Source: Phoronis australis
Taxonomy: Eukaryota > Animalia > Phoronida
Assembly (NCBI GenBank): GCA_002633005.1
Contig: NMRA01000273.1
Span: 253,555 to 317,554 of the forward strand
DNA length: 64,000 nucleotides
Direction: 5' to 3'
Part shown: in pieces, positions 23,801 through 38,800 of the stretch
Position numbering within the stretch: position 1 is the first letter of the stretch
Layout of the letters: every line of letters begins with the position of its first letter
Notes under the pieces: model-generated
Told to the model about the DNA's origin: nothing
The model's input: the letters and a program-made list of their open reading frames with translations, nothing else
Databases searched by the model: none
Translations under genes and position numbers: made by a program

Positions 23801-26800
23801 GCAAGGTACCATAGATATTCTTATTTGTTATAATGAACTTGAAGAAAATGGGAAGCCCTAAATCAGCATGTTGATAATTTATTTACAGTAAGAGTGAGTC
23901 TTAATGATCTCTTCCACAGACTTAGAGGGGGAATGCTTAAGAATTTAAATGGTATTACCCATTATGTTTGCCAAAAAGACGAATTTCAGAGGGTCGGAAG
24001 CCCACATTCACCAAACAACATAGTTAATACAATAACATGCTGTGCCAGACACGCTCTACTGACTTCATTTTACAACTGAAGTTTGCAGTAACCAAATAAA
24101 ATTGTAAACAGTGCACTTGGCCTGGGACTTGTGGAATGTAACATTACAAGCATGGAAATATTACACACCAGCTTCGTTGAAACTCGATTCAAGTGTATTC
24201 AGAGTTATAGAATTCTAAATTAATTAACTTTTGAACTTGGGGTGGAACACCACCACAGGTGAACAACACAAAACTTAATTTGTGCTGACCTCATCAAAAT
24301 TAATAATAAATGCATATTATGCATCAAAAGTGGTAATTTACAAAATGCTCCTATTTAAAAGCACGGTATCAGTGAGAAAAGCGATTTTCCAAAGATCAGC
24401 CTCAGCACAGAACCAAACCTGCAACCCTCGCGGTAAAAGTCTAACAACTGCTAATGGAACTAAACCCCACTCCTTAAATGGCAGGTTGTACTTTAAGAAT
24501 ATTTGATAAACAAGAAACCAGCACTGATTTCAGCGAAAGTCTGGCAGACTATGGCAAGAATGGGAGATTCACAGTAAAATCACAAAAGCATGATGAATTT
24601 TGTTGATTTACAGCTCTGGTCAAAGTCTATCCCATCCAACAAAAATCACTAAGTACATTTTTCGTCGGAAAAACCAATAATGTCACTTGAAATGACATGT
24701 TTTGATTAACGAGACTCGATCTACATTCTAAGCAGGAAAAAACAAGAAATCAAAGAGTTCATTGTTTTCGTACTGTTGGTGAAGATGAAGTCCCTGTAGG
24801 GGGGTCCACGACAGAACATGACACCAGAGGTGATGAATGCTCCACTGGCCACATGAAAAAAGAAGTTGTTCTCTGCGCCCCTGAAGTCAAGCTGAGCACC
24901 CTTGTGTTCGTAAAGCCAGGGTAGATACCTGCATGAAAGATTCAATTCATCTGACTAGCTGATAAATACTATCTCTGCATTTTTCAAAAATCAATGGAGA
25001 AACATGGCTATTTTAAACTCTAAGAGCCATTTTAATTGGGCATGACACAAGAGTTTCACCTCGCAAAAACATATTTTTTCTAAACTATTATATTTAATCA
25101 ATATCTACACAGATGACCCAAGCACATTTTAACAATAGCAGAAACTTAAACCCATCCCTTTCATCTTTGGTCATTAGAGCTGTGTCCTTGCAGAAATTTT
25201 GTGCAGAAAACCAATTAAGAGACAGAGTTCCATTGATCCCAATACTATAAAAGAAGCCATAACAGATATTGCAAAACCACTTGAGACGAAATGACATACA
25301 GCTCACCAGGTCAAAATTCTTTACTGTCTGACCACACACACATTTCCTTTTGATATCTCCATTTTATGACCTTGCACGAAATTTCAAGAAAAGTTCCAAA
25401 ATGTCTAACTTGTGCAGCCAAGAGAAAAGTTGCAATTAAACACTGCAAGAATTAATCGTTTTACTGTCAGGCAAAAGGCCCATATCAACTGACAAATAGC
25501 AGTAGCAATTCAAGTTACTTATCTTGTCTTCTATTGCAGTTCAAACAATGAAAAAGTTCAGTCCCAATTTTCTAAAATGGTCAGGAAAGGATGTTGCCAC
25601 AAACAGGCAGTGATTATCACTGGCAGCCATAATCTCTGTACCCTAATCCTCAAAAAGAAGTCCTGTCATTGTGGTATGTGGCTATTGTAATCTCAACTGA
25701 TAAGAAGCATTCATAACTGTCAGTTGGGAAATGAGATTTATCGCCTAATGACTCATGTCTCAATTACTGCACCCAGTCTCCAAAGCAGAGGCACGTTGTT
25801 TGCTTGGCGAGTCAAGAGCCGGAGTCGAGTGGACTTCTGCAAACACATACCAATGGTATTTGAGTTTTGCCTTAGCCATGACAATTATTGCCTCACTCTA
25901 TTCCATATTTTAGTTGCAAAATGTACAAAATAATGTCAGTGTCATAAACTATTGAGAAGAGGAATAGATCACGATGAGGATGGGGGACAGATTTAATGAC
26001 TATTAGGAGGGATACATTCTATGATAACCTAAGAAACAGAAGATGAATTAGCTAAACCAATCCCAAATTCAACATTTCCTTTTCAATAACTGGTTTTGGC
26101 CTAAAACAAATGTCAAAGCCAACAGTTATATAAATGAGAGTTAGCGCATGTTTGTTTTTGAGGTAAAATAGACCCATGAAATTATGGCAAAAAAGGTTTG
26201 TTCAATGTATTACGTTAAATTGCTTTAATTTATACAGTTATGTTCAGTTTCAATGGGCCAGCCTAAATATCTACTGTGTGAAATTTCAGTTCAATGCACT
26301 GTGGGTCACGACACCTTTCTTTGAGTAATCTTACCATGGTTGTGCCTTCACAAAGAACCAAGTGATGGTGAAGAAGATTATTTGTATAGCAATGAAGGAG
26401 ACCATGGAGAACATCTGTGTGAAACTGGTGAGGTAGCGTGGTGGAGGGCGGGCAACCAAATACTTGTAGGCACCGATGTTACCAACTAAAAGGTTAAAGG
26501 TTAAATGTCACAGAGTTTAAGACAAAATGGAGGTTCTACAATCTGGGTCTGAAAGAAGCAGTTTACTCAAGAAACGACTCAAAAATTGACCCATCACGGT
26601 GCTTTAAATGTGAAAAATATACTGAAAGCCTGTCATGTGATTGTCAATTTTTGAGTAAAAGTTTGGAAGTCTTGGGCTCAGGCAATTAGAAGTCAATTTT
26701 ACTAACTTAATGCTACTGAAAGGTCAAGTACTTGTTAGCACCAGTGTGTTACTAAAAGGTGAAAAGTCAAGGATAATTAATAGACTATATACTACTACTT

Positions 26801-29800
26801 ACTACTTGAGTTCAAAACAAACTTGCAAGTTACCATGGGGAAGCCAGCCAATCAAATACCAAGTGATATGTCAAAGGTCACAGAATATTAATGAAGAATA
26901 TTAGAAGACTTGCTTTCCTGGACAAAGAATATGGATCGTTTCTAAAACAGTTGCAAAAATGTGTTCAAATATCGACTCTTTCTAAAGCTTCTATTTAGAA
27001 GCGTAATTGTTTAGTTATTAGTGACTTACATAAGATTGCAATGAAAATGATGACAGGAACATCGAGCCAAATATATTGTACCTCATTAAAGTCACATGCA
27101 ATCTGTAAATATATGTATATCATTAACACATCTTTCATAAATAAAAATAACAATCTCGTTTCAATAACTTAAAGTGTAGTCAGTTTCTGATACACGTTTC
27201 TTTAACTAACTTGCAGTAAATTGTTAATTGTTTCTTTTTTAAAAAAGATGAGAAAAAACTGATGAAATAGACCTGCATTACTTTGCATATTTAGCCAAAC
27301 GACCAAGTGAGTCCTCATGAATAGAAATTATAACTTGTAACATATCCTTCCACCCTACGAAAGTTTACAAAACGACAGCAGATAAATTTCGTATTAGTTT
27401 AATTTCATCAACGCAGAAAATGAAAAGAAAACCAACTCAAAAATTAACTAAATCATTTAATACGCTCAAGCTAAGATCGCACATGGGGAGGAAAAACGCA
27501 ATCAGTGCATTGCTCACAGTCTGTTAGAGAACATAGAATCCAAACCAGAGCACCACAGTAGAGACTCCGCAGCCCAAGCACTTGCACTACAGTCTTCTCC
27601 GACACCATACAATGACAAACAAATCTGCTTTGAGATTAAGCAACCCCCAAGTCCCTGGATCCACCCATGGGTCCATTATACTGCAAACTTACTGATACGA
27701 GGAAGGAGACACCTACAGAGAAAGACATGTAACTGCCAAGAAGGTGCTTGAACACACCAAATGACGTGAACAGGGCACAGCGACCTTCCCTGCAAAATCA
27801 AGAGAAACAGTCTCACTTCTGTTAAAATAGCTGAGTTCACATGAAAACTGCATGTCACTATTTTATTTCATCAACTGAATGACAATTGTGTTAGAATAAC
27901 TGTTTTGCTGTGCTTGACGTCTGAATAGATCATTATTGACATTTTCCGTTCCATTTTTGTGAGAACTCAAGAAAACTGCCAGCTATTCTGTGATCAAGTA
28001 CATCATGTTGTATTCATAAGAGTTTCCAGTTCCAGTGAGCACTTAATTGATGACCCCTAGATTCAAGCCACAAACTAGAGTACAAGTTTGAGATTTTGAG
28101 TAAAAACTTGAAATTTCAATTTTGGACTTTAAACTTTTGGTCTTAATACTGGGGTCACAAAGTGCAAACTAGAATTAGATAATTATTCACGTTAGCCATT
28201 ACAGACTCGACCATACGATAACAGGCACTTAACTTGAGTTCATACAAGAAAACAATACAAAATGGCAAAAGTAATTATGAGTTTGATTTGAAGTAGAAAG
28301 ACTAGACCCTGACCCCAGTTATATCTGCATTATTTTGAAAACTTTAATCACCTGGGATACTCACTAAACAGGAAATATTAAAATTGTAATGTAGATGCGG
28401 CTACATTGTCGGCTTTCTATCTTAAAGTTCTCCTCCAAACAAAATGAACAAGATAACCATACCTACCTCATGACTGTTGGCATACAGAGATAACCATACC
28501 TACCTCATGACTGTTGGCATACAGAGATAACCATACCTACCTCATGACTGTTGGCATACAGNTAGATAATTATTCACGTTAGCCATTACAGACTCGACCA
28601 TACGATAACAGGCACTTAACTTGAGTTCATACAAGAAAACAATACAAAATGGCAAAAGTAATTATGAGTTTGATTTGAAGTAGAAATACTAGACCCTGAC
28701 CCCAGTTATATCTGCATTATTTTGAAAACTTTAATCACCTGGAATACTCACTAAACAGGAAATATCAAAATTGTAATGTAGATGCGGCTACATTGTCGGC
28801 TTTCTATCTTAAAGTTCTCCTCCAAACAAAATGAACAAGATAACCATACCTACCTCATGACTGTTGGCATACAGAGATAACCATACCTACCTCATGACTG
28901 TTGGCATACAGAGATAACCATACCTACCTCATGACTGTTGGCATACAGCTGATATTTTCTTCAGCTGATGTGAATGGAGCAGCCACACTTGCCTCAGCAA
29001 CACTCAGAGAAACACCGGTGTGCGCCACCTTTAAAGCGCCGCAGTCGTTGGCACCATCACCACACATACCGACATAATACCTGAGAATTGAATTAATATT
29101 CAGTGAATTACAAGTGCAAGTAATTATTCACTTATTTACCACACAATATGACTGACAGGTGATATTCTGTTTTGATAAATTTCTCCACAAAAGTAAAGAT
29201 TAAGAACGTTTCAGTCTCTTTCAAGAGTAGTTTGCAGTGTGTAGATGACTCAAAACAACATTTGCTAAAAGGGTCTATTATTCACAAAAAGGTAATCAAC
29301 CATTGGAAAATAGAAAATGAAAAGTTTGACAATTATTTTTTTGGGCGATTACCATAACACCATGGTTATTACAACAACAGCTCAGTGAAAACTGACCACA
29401 GTGTGTGAAGATGCCTGTAATAAAAGAAGATAATGCTAACCTATAGAACTATTGTGCCAACTTCTGAGACATACATACCCAAGTGACTGGAGTCCTTCAA
29501 CTAGCTGAACTTTTTGATCTGGTAGCATTCTGGCAAATATAGTTCCTCTTTGAATAATCTACAACAGCATTAACGATGAGTTGTCCAATATGACGCAGGG
29601 AAAATGTGACAAGTCATAACCCCATTGCTATATCAATGACTGAGCGCTGTGACCCAGTGGGTCTATAACCAACCCTAGCTACTCAGTCACAACCTTGGAT
29701 CCACACCTACTACCACAATAGCTAGAACTATAGCATTTATTCTAGAAGAACGATCAACATCACATAATGGACATCAAAATACCGGTTGCAGCAGATCGGG

Positions 29801-32800
29801 CTGGTGCTCCAGGATGTTGCCAAAGTGCTTTCCTTCAATTGCAAATCGGTAAGAAGTAGTCTCCCATTCTTCCGCGTCTTCCTGCGGTAATGAGAAAGAT
29901 CAGTGTTTAAAAGTCGTAGCAACGAAACACTCACACAGTGTAAGCTGACCCTAAGGCACCACAGTTCAGAACACACCTTGGCTTCCCCTACAAGTTACAA
30001 AATGTTCCATTGCACATGCATTCAGACAGACTGAAGGAGACCTTGCAAGAATTTTACAACACAAAAATGCCTGACCATGCTGCAACTTCGACTAACAGAT
30101 ACATGTTATTCAAAAATATTTTAAGTCCCATAAGACCGAGAGATTATATCTGAGTTATGCAAAATATGACTCATCAGAAGAGGCAAGTTACAAATAGGAA
30201 CAGCCACATGGCAGAGCTTAAATTTGTGAGTAGAGCAAATATCGAACTTCTGCATGTCCAATTTAAGGTTTCATAGGACCTAATTGACATGCCTGAACAT
30301 TTAGCCAAATATGTACAAAACGACAGAAATTCTGCAGAATTTATGATTTTTGACTTCATACCAACCTGCCACTAATCGGGTCACATGACCCAGCATTTTA
30401 GGAAAAATTAGCAAAACAGAAAAAAACATTCAACATTCATAGCAAAACAATAAGCTCAATAACATGACTAAATTTCGTTTAATTTTAATGTTCAAGATAA
30501 AATCTCAAGAATCCTGTTACAGTTTTCTAAATGATCGTTTCATTTCCGGTCTAAGCAGCTTTAAAATTTTTCATAAAAAATCGTTGAAGTCCTATTGTTA
30601 TGATAGCCATTCAATAACACAAAAGTGGAACACTTTAAAAACAAATCCAAACAGTGTTATGGAGAACAATACATAAAGCATAGTAACTGAAAGTTTCGTA
30701 AGAATCCAGTCAGCCAAAACTGGACATTTTTCTAAGGTCCTAACCTGAAGCAAGTTTACCAATAATTGAGGCTAAAGGCTAAACTGTAAGAAACATGGTA
30801 ACTTCTGTCCACGATCATGCAACGGCTTTGCTGAACAAGAATAAAAGACCACATAGCCAAAAACCAAAAGTGTTTTTGCGAACAAGCTTTTTGATCCTAC
30901 CAAATTGATATCTTCATCTTTAATGGATTCCATACTTTCAGGGGACACATAGAAATCTGTTCCTTCTTCGCTGGCTACGGTGTCATGCCTCAGGGATTCC
31001 TAAACATAAATGTTTTCCAATATCATTCACCTTTTATATCTAATGATGGTGATGAGACAAAGTGCACAAACTTCAAAGAATCAAAAGTCATTCAACAAAA
31101 TAATGCTAACTGATATCTTCTCTTGAACCACTGATTAAGTTTTAAAATACTATGCAAGACAGTTGTCATAGAAAACTTAACATTCTTAAGATAATTGGTC
31201 TGTAAGCATCAAATTCTTTTCTGTACGAAATGTGTTCTGTACTCTACACTATTCTTGTTCACTGATGTCAGTTTAGTGCAGGTCAACATTATACACAATT
31301 ATAAGAAGTGCTCTGGATAAAGTCAAATGTATTATTTTTGATGAATAATTGGAACAGCTCGAAGATTTTCACTTAACTTAACCGTCATTTGAAACTAGCC
31401 CAAGATCATCAGAAGTGCACTCTTGCATAATATTGTGCTTTTAAAGAATATAAACACAATTTGGAGACAGTTGCTTTCTTAATTATTATAATAAACAAAA
31501 CTTTCACAGTCAGGTGGAACAAAGTTGAACCATACTGAGTATTTGGCATACAACGCCAAATTATCTCAGATCGTAAAACTCATTTTGAAAGAGAACAGGC
31601 AAACCATTGTCTATTCTGCATGAGAACTCACACAAAAAAACCATAAAACCACCCTTTGGTTAACACACACTTTAGTACTGTCCAAGGATTTCTACAATTT
31701 TCAATTAACTTAAAATGAGTTCATTTACTTCATGAAGTGATTCGATCAGGTTTGCTTTTCGTTCTGTGCGGTGGAAATCTTTAGCCAACTTGTACATGAC
31801 TTCCATCTCTGTTCCATCATTGCAAAATTCCGTCTCCACAATTACAACATTTTCGTGCTCTTTAATCATACCACAGTCTCTGCCGACACTCAAGGCAGTA
31901 AGTAAATTGTCACCTAAAACAAAAAGCCCAAGTTCACGGTCAAATTTTGTATAAAACAATTCCATTTCACTATATGTACGACTAGGCAAACAAATTTTAG
32001 CTTACAGTAAAATCTCCCCAACTGTGGACAATAATGCTTCTGACATAATAAATATTCTCTGATGATACTTTGACATTACTTGCTGTTCTTGAATGGTAAA
32101 ATAAGGCTTCCCTTCTGCAAGACAGTTGTGTTCTAAATAGCTGGGGGGATTTTACCAAGTGAGTTGTGTTCTAAATAGCTGGGAGGATTTTACCATGACC
32201 ACAAATGACAGTTTAATGCTCCCGATACTTTAACACGTAATTCACCAGCTGGCTTCTAGGCAGCATGCATTAGAATTCCATTCATCCAGTAATAATGAAA
32301 AGTCACAACTTTATCCATTTACATTTGGTGTAAAAAATTGATTGTATACTTCTTGGAGCAAATACCCTGATAGTAAACAATGAGTAGCACAACAACAGTA
32401 GCAGAAGAGTGACAGTTAACTTCATTGATTGATTAGTTTCAAACCATAAAGACTCGATAGCTTATCCAGTATCCGGGAAAAACAAAACCCACATGGTGCA
32501 ATGCAGACTGCAAACTCCAACTGATCCTGACAAGTTCAACCAAAAATGTTCAATCACAGCTGGCCCTATCACACCTTGTTCTCACACACTGCATGTGACA
32601 CCATTCTTAACGGTTTACTCAGACTGCCACGAATGCTTCCAACTGTTATTCGGTTCTCTCTCAGTTTTAAACTGATATTTCAAAATCCCAGAGACAATAT
32701 AGTGAGAGGTAGGTTTGTGTGACAGGGTGCTGAGTCTCTACAACCCTACCTGTGACCATAACTGTTCTGATGTGTGCATAATGAAGTTGATTGAGAGCAG

Positions 32801-35800
32801 GAATAGTCTCAACCTTCAGAGAATTCTGCATGATCAGTAGGCCGAGGAAATTCAACTCTACTTCGAGCTCATCCCTGTAAACGTTACACAACAGTTAAAC
32901 CAATTTTTACAACCAATGAATCAATGAATAGTTAAAATTAAAAGTACATTGAGTGCTGTTTATGTAATATGACTATTACCTTGCCGCATTGTATTGCTAG
33001 AGTTATTTGTGTGACTGTTTATGCGGACCTCTTCAAGTTTGATCTAAATTAGTTACTGATGATGATCTGCATAATAAAGCCCTTAAAGTGTCAACACATT
33101 GCTCAGTGTATTGACGCCACAGGTGCTGGCCACTCACCTACCCGACACTGGGATGCCCACCTGGATAGAGATGACTGCAATATGCACCCACAAAATTTGT
33201 AGGCCACAAAAACTGCTTCAAAAAGATGAGAAGGAGACAACAAAAACAGAAATTTCCGAACAAGAGAAATGCAGAGAGTTGAAATGCATCCATGATAGCA
33301 ACGCACAAAGTGTGCTTCTAGGGGTGTTTATCAGAGTCAAAGAACGGACACTAGGTGACACAGAATGTGTCAAAACCATGCCAAAATGGATAGATGCTAT
33401 TGGCAGCATAACAGAAATTTGTTTGCTACATTTCAATAGAAACTGTTAGAGAACTCTGAAAATACAGATACAAAAGTAATAGCTAAGATTGCCACTAGGG
33501 GGTACAACGTATGTTGGAATCGTCCAAAACCTGCAAGAAGCCGTAGCCACATTTATAACATAAAACTAATTCTTAAAAATTTTCACAAAGATCATTCAAA
33601 GGAGTACGGAGATACAGATGAGAAACCAAAGAACACAAAAATTGCCACCAGAAGGTGTCGCAGTTGTCCTATGCATCCACAAATCAATGTCTTCTGATCA
33701 GGAACAAAAAACGGACATGAAAAAATAAAAAATAGCCTCTAGGCGGTGCAAAAATAAATGAGATCTATAAGAAAATGGAAGACAATCGTCATCTCCTTAA
33801 CAGAAACATATTTGCCAAATTTCAAGAAAAAACATCGATGAACTCCAAAAATATGCAAATGTAAACAAATAAAACTGCGACTAGGGGATACAGTGGTATT
33901 TGAATGGGTCTGAAACATGTCATAAAATGTCGTCAGCACCATAGGAACACGTCCGCCAAAGTTCACACAGATCCTACAAAAAGGTTAACGAGACACAGCC
34001 GTAAAAGGAAAAAACACAAGGGGGTGCCAAAGTAGTGTAACTCGTCCGAATATCAACATCAGTTGCGGCCTTCTCGTCAGAAACGTATCTGCCAATTTTC
34101 ACACAGATCTCCACTAGGATGCGCACAATACGCAAAATGTGTTCGAAAATGGAAAAGCATTGTTGTCACCTTAATACAAACCTATTTGTCCAGTTTCATG
34201 AAAATCCATCAATGAACTCCGATGACACACAGAAAACATAAAAAAATAAAATTGCCACTAGGGGGTACACCAATTGTCAAATTTGGCTGAAACTAGTCAT
34301 CATCTGTTGTCAACTACATAGGAACACATCTGCCATATTTCACAAACCTCCTGTAAAGGGTTAAGGAGATACAGCCGTGAGCGCAAAATGAAGCAGAGAA
34401 GTGGAATACACCCGAAAAGCAAGATCAAATGTGGTCTCCTCATCAGAAACATGCCTGCTAATTTATATAACGACCCTTCAAGCGGTTTGGCAAACAGAAA
34501 GGTGGACGCCAAGAATCGAACTTAAAAATTTTTAAAATGGCCACCAGGTGGCGCGGAATCACCAAAGAGATCCCAAAATTTGATAGTATTGTCGCCTTCA
34601 TATTAGAAACCTATTTGCCAAATCTCATGAAAATCCATCCAAGAATTAAGAAGATGCAAAGGTAACCGTAAAAAACTGAAATTGCCACTAGGTGCACAGC
34701 GGTAGTCGTATCGATCCGAAAGTTATAGTCATGCGTTGCCAGCATCATAGGAACACATCTGCCAAATCTGNAAACTGTTATTTCAAAATCCTAGAGACAA
34801 TATAGTGAGAGGTAGGTTGGTGTGACAAGGTGCTGAGTCGATCTCTACAACCCTACCTGTGACCATAACTGTTCTGATGTGTGCATAATGAAGTTGATTG
34901 AGAGCAGGAATAGTCTCAATCTTCAGAGAATTCTGCATGATCAGTAGGCCGAGGAAATTCAACTCTACTTCGAGCTCATCCCTGTAAACGTTACACAACA
35001 GTTAAAGCAATTTTTACAACCAATGAATCAATGAATAGTTAAAATTAAAAGTACATTGAGTGCTGTTTATGTAATATGACTATTGCCTTGCCGCATTGTA
35101 TTGCTAGAGTTATTTGTGAGACTGTTTATGCGGACCTCTTCAAGTTTGATCTAAATTAGTTACTGATGATGATCTGCATAATAAAGCCCTTAAAGTGTCA
35201 ACACATTGCTCAGTGTATTGACGCCACAGGTGCTGGACACTCACCTACCCCGACACTGGGACGCCCACCTGGATAGAGATGACTGCAATATGCACCCACA
35301 AAATTTGTATAGTGTCGCCACAAAAACTGCTTCAAAAAGATGAGAAGGAGACAACAAAAACAGAAATTTCCGAACAAGAGCAATGCAGAGAGTTGAAATG
35401 CACCCACAATAGCAACACATAAAGTGTGCTTCTAGGGGTCTTTATCAGTTTCAAAGAACGGACACTAAGTGACACAGAATGTGTCAAAACCATGCCAAAG
35501 TGGATAGATGCTATTGGCAGCATAACAGAAATTTGTTTGTTACATTTCAATAAAAGCTGTAAGTTAGAGAACAAGAAAATACAGATACAAAAGTAAAAGC
35601 TAAGATTGCCACTAGAGGGTACAGCGTTCCTTAGAATCTTCCAAAACCTGTAAGAGGCCGTAGCCACATTTATAATATAAAACTAATTCTTAAAAATTTT
35701 CACAAAATCATTCAAAGGAGTACGGAGATACAGATGAGAAACCAAAGAACACAAAAATTACCACCAGAAGGTGTCTCAGTTGTCCCATGCATCCACAAAT

Positions 35801-38800
35801 CAACGTCTTCTGATCAGGAACAAAAAAAGGACTTGAAAAAATAAAATAAGCCTCTAGGCGGTGCAAAAATAAATGAGATCTATAAGAAAATGGAAGACAA
35901 TCGTCATCTCCTTAACAGAAACATATTTGCCAAATTTCAAGAAAATCCATCGATGAACTCCAAAAATATGCAAATGTAAACAAACAAAACTGCGACTAGG
36001 GGGATACAGTGGTATTTGAATGGGTCTGAAACATGTCATAAAATGTCGTCAGCACCATAGGAACACGTCCGCCAAAGTTCACACAGATCCTACAAAAAGG
36101 TTAACGAGACACAGCCGTAAAAGGAAAAAACACAAGAGGGTGCCAAAGTAGTGTAACTCGTCCGAATATCAACATCAGCTGCGGCCTTCTCGTCAGAAAC
36201 GTATCTGCCAATTTTCACACAGATCTCCACTAGGATGCGCACAATACGCAAAATGTGTTCGAAAATGGAAAAGCATTGTTGTCACCTTAATACAAACCTA
36301 TTTGTCCAGTTTCATGAAAATCCATCAATGAACTCCGATGACACACAGAAAACATAAAAAAATAAAATTGCCACTAGGGGGTACACCAATTGTCAAATTT
36401 GGCTGAAACTAGTCATCATCTGTTGTCAACTACATAGGAACACATCTGCCATATTTCACAAACCTCCTGTAAAGGGTTAAGGAGATACAGCCGTGAGCGC
36501 AAAATGAAGCAGAGAAGTGGAATACACCCGAAAAGCAAGATCAAATGTGGTCTCCTCATCAGAAACATGCCTGCTAATTTATATAACGACCCTTCAAGCG
36601 GTTTGGCAAACAGAAAGGTGGACGCCAAGAATCGAACTTAAAAATTTTTAAAATGGCCACCAGGTGGCGCGGAATCACCAAAGAGATCCCAAAATTTGAT
36701 AGTATTGTCGCCTTCATATTAGAAACCTATTTGCCAAATCTCATGAAAATCCATCCAAGAATTAAGAAGATGCAAAGGTAACCGTAAAAAACTGAAATTG
36801 CCACTAGGTGCACAGCGGTAGTCGTATCGATCCGAAAGTTATAGTCATGCGTTGCCAGCATCATAGGAACACATCTGCCAAATCTGATTAAGATCCTGCA
36901 AGGGGTTTGAGAGATACAGCCGCGGACGCTGGACATTGGATGCCCAGACAGAGACAACAGCACTATGCACCCACATATAAATATGTGGGCACATAATAGT
37001 TTATTATGAGATTTCCATTGAGCAATTTTCTACAGCATATACTCGTTAGATTAACTTCAACAAAAACCACACCTTTCGATAGACTGCAGATCACTCCAAG
37101 AATAGGAGGCGGGGATCGGTCTCCAGGCCAAGGCAAGCACACGGAATCCATCACTTGTGTAGCTCATCAGTTCCTCATCAAAACTGGACGGAACTGAAAC
37201 AGAACCAGCGATGATTATCATGTAAATGTAACACACATAGACATATGTCATAAGCTTTTCATTTGTAATTTCTCAACTTTCACAGGAACACAAACACAAC
37301 ATACATTTTATACATTGCCATGCAGTTTATAGCGCAAATGATAAACAAACAAACAAAACAAAGTGAAATGGTAAGTAAGCATGTCAAGAACACTTGGCTT
37401 ACCTCAAATTCCAACTGCTGAATGCTGGATTAGTAATTGGTCCAATTATGTTGCACAAACAGCAGAATTAATGAGAAGCAGCATGATGATAACATTGTTC
37501 AAAAGTTTCAGGTTATAAAAGTCACATTTCTTGTCTAATTTTCAAATTGGCAAAAACCTAAACATGCATACTTTTCACGGACTATTCAAATATACTATTA
37601 AAAATAACACTTTCAAAAATATTATTGTCCCCAGTGTGTCTGATTATCTGAGAACCACAGCCTAAGGCGATGTAATAAACTACAACTCCACGATGTCTTT
37701 GATCATTGTGGCAGATTCTGAGGTACGCAAACCAGTCGCACAGCACAATCTCTGCTTGTAAGAATTGAGTATGAGCATTTGGCGAACAATAAACGGTGGG
37801 TGTTTGACCAAGCATACAGGCAAGAAAGGCTGCGGTACCTCGTTCTTCTATACCTGTATTTAGGAAATGGTTATTGAGTTTATATCAGAATTATGATGAG
37901 GCAATGTAATGAACTACAATTGCATGGTGTCTTTTATCATTGCAGCAAATTTTGGGGTCTGCAAACCACTCAAGTTGCCCAATCTCAACTGGTTAGGGTG
38001 TCAAGGTAGGATTATTTTCATGAGTCTGTTATTAAGTATCACGACACCGTTAAGGATTATATAGAAAACTCTGCCAATAGTTCAACGATATATGAGTGTA
38101 CATAAATCGGAAAAATCAATCTTTCTTATAGCCTGCTGGATTGGTAAAACATTCAAATCAAATCTCAAATTAATACGATTTAATTACAGAATCATTTTCT
38201 TCCTTACGTGTATCAGGAATGCATAGTGACTTGATTTTCTCAGGTGACCCTTTGACGTAGAGTTCAAATTGATTGTTGTACAACTTGCGCGTGATGACAC
38301 TCTGTCTCTGAAGAGATGAGCTAAACGTGAACTGGCGAAGGACAGCTATCTCCGTATTGTTCTGAAAAACAACACACGTTTTATAAATTTTGTAATGACC
38401 CAAACTGTGAAACTTTCATCCATAATTTGAATGGAAATCTTTGAAAAAATAAAAGAAAAGGAATTAACACTGATTTGATTAAAAAAATGCAAGAAGATGT
38501 CTAATAATTACAACTACTGCTGTCAGTGCACTCAGACTGTGGTCTATGATTATTATATCAGAAACATGAGGGTCCTACTTTAGCCCAAATATTTTCCACC
38601 CCAACAAAAATTCCAGGGCTTAACCCCAGTGTATTAAAATGGGGGACAAACAGCGGGAGTTATTACAGTCACTAATGATGAAAAACGTACCGGAACCAAA
38701 TCAGGAATTTTTGGCTTCACAATCGCAGGAACCAGCATGCCGAACTTGGGACTTTCACTGTCAGGTTCGAGGAGTTCCTTGAAAGAAAAAAGACTTCAAA

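Noticed and set aside
28451-28948. 37-bp direct repeats resembling a CRISPR array
   Set aside because: The units are head-to-tail with no spacers, derive from an exon/intron junction of a eukaryotic gene, and no cas genes are present.
32124-32195. Short local duplications (2 x 38 bp here, ~38 bp at 20771-20845, ~70 bp at 37664/37899)
   Set aside because: Ordinary slippage-type duplications with no evident function.
33099-37197. Duplicated small ORFs such as [13 protein letters not shown]...
   Set aside because: They are chance ORFs within the HINE-like repeat and the gap-flanking duplication.
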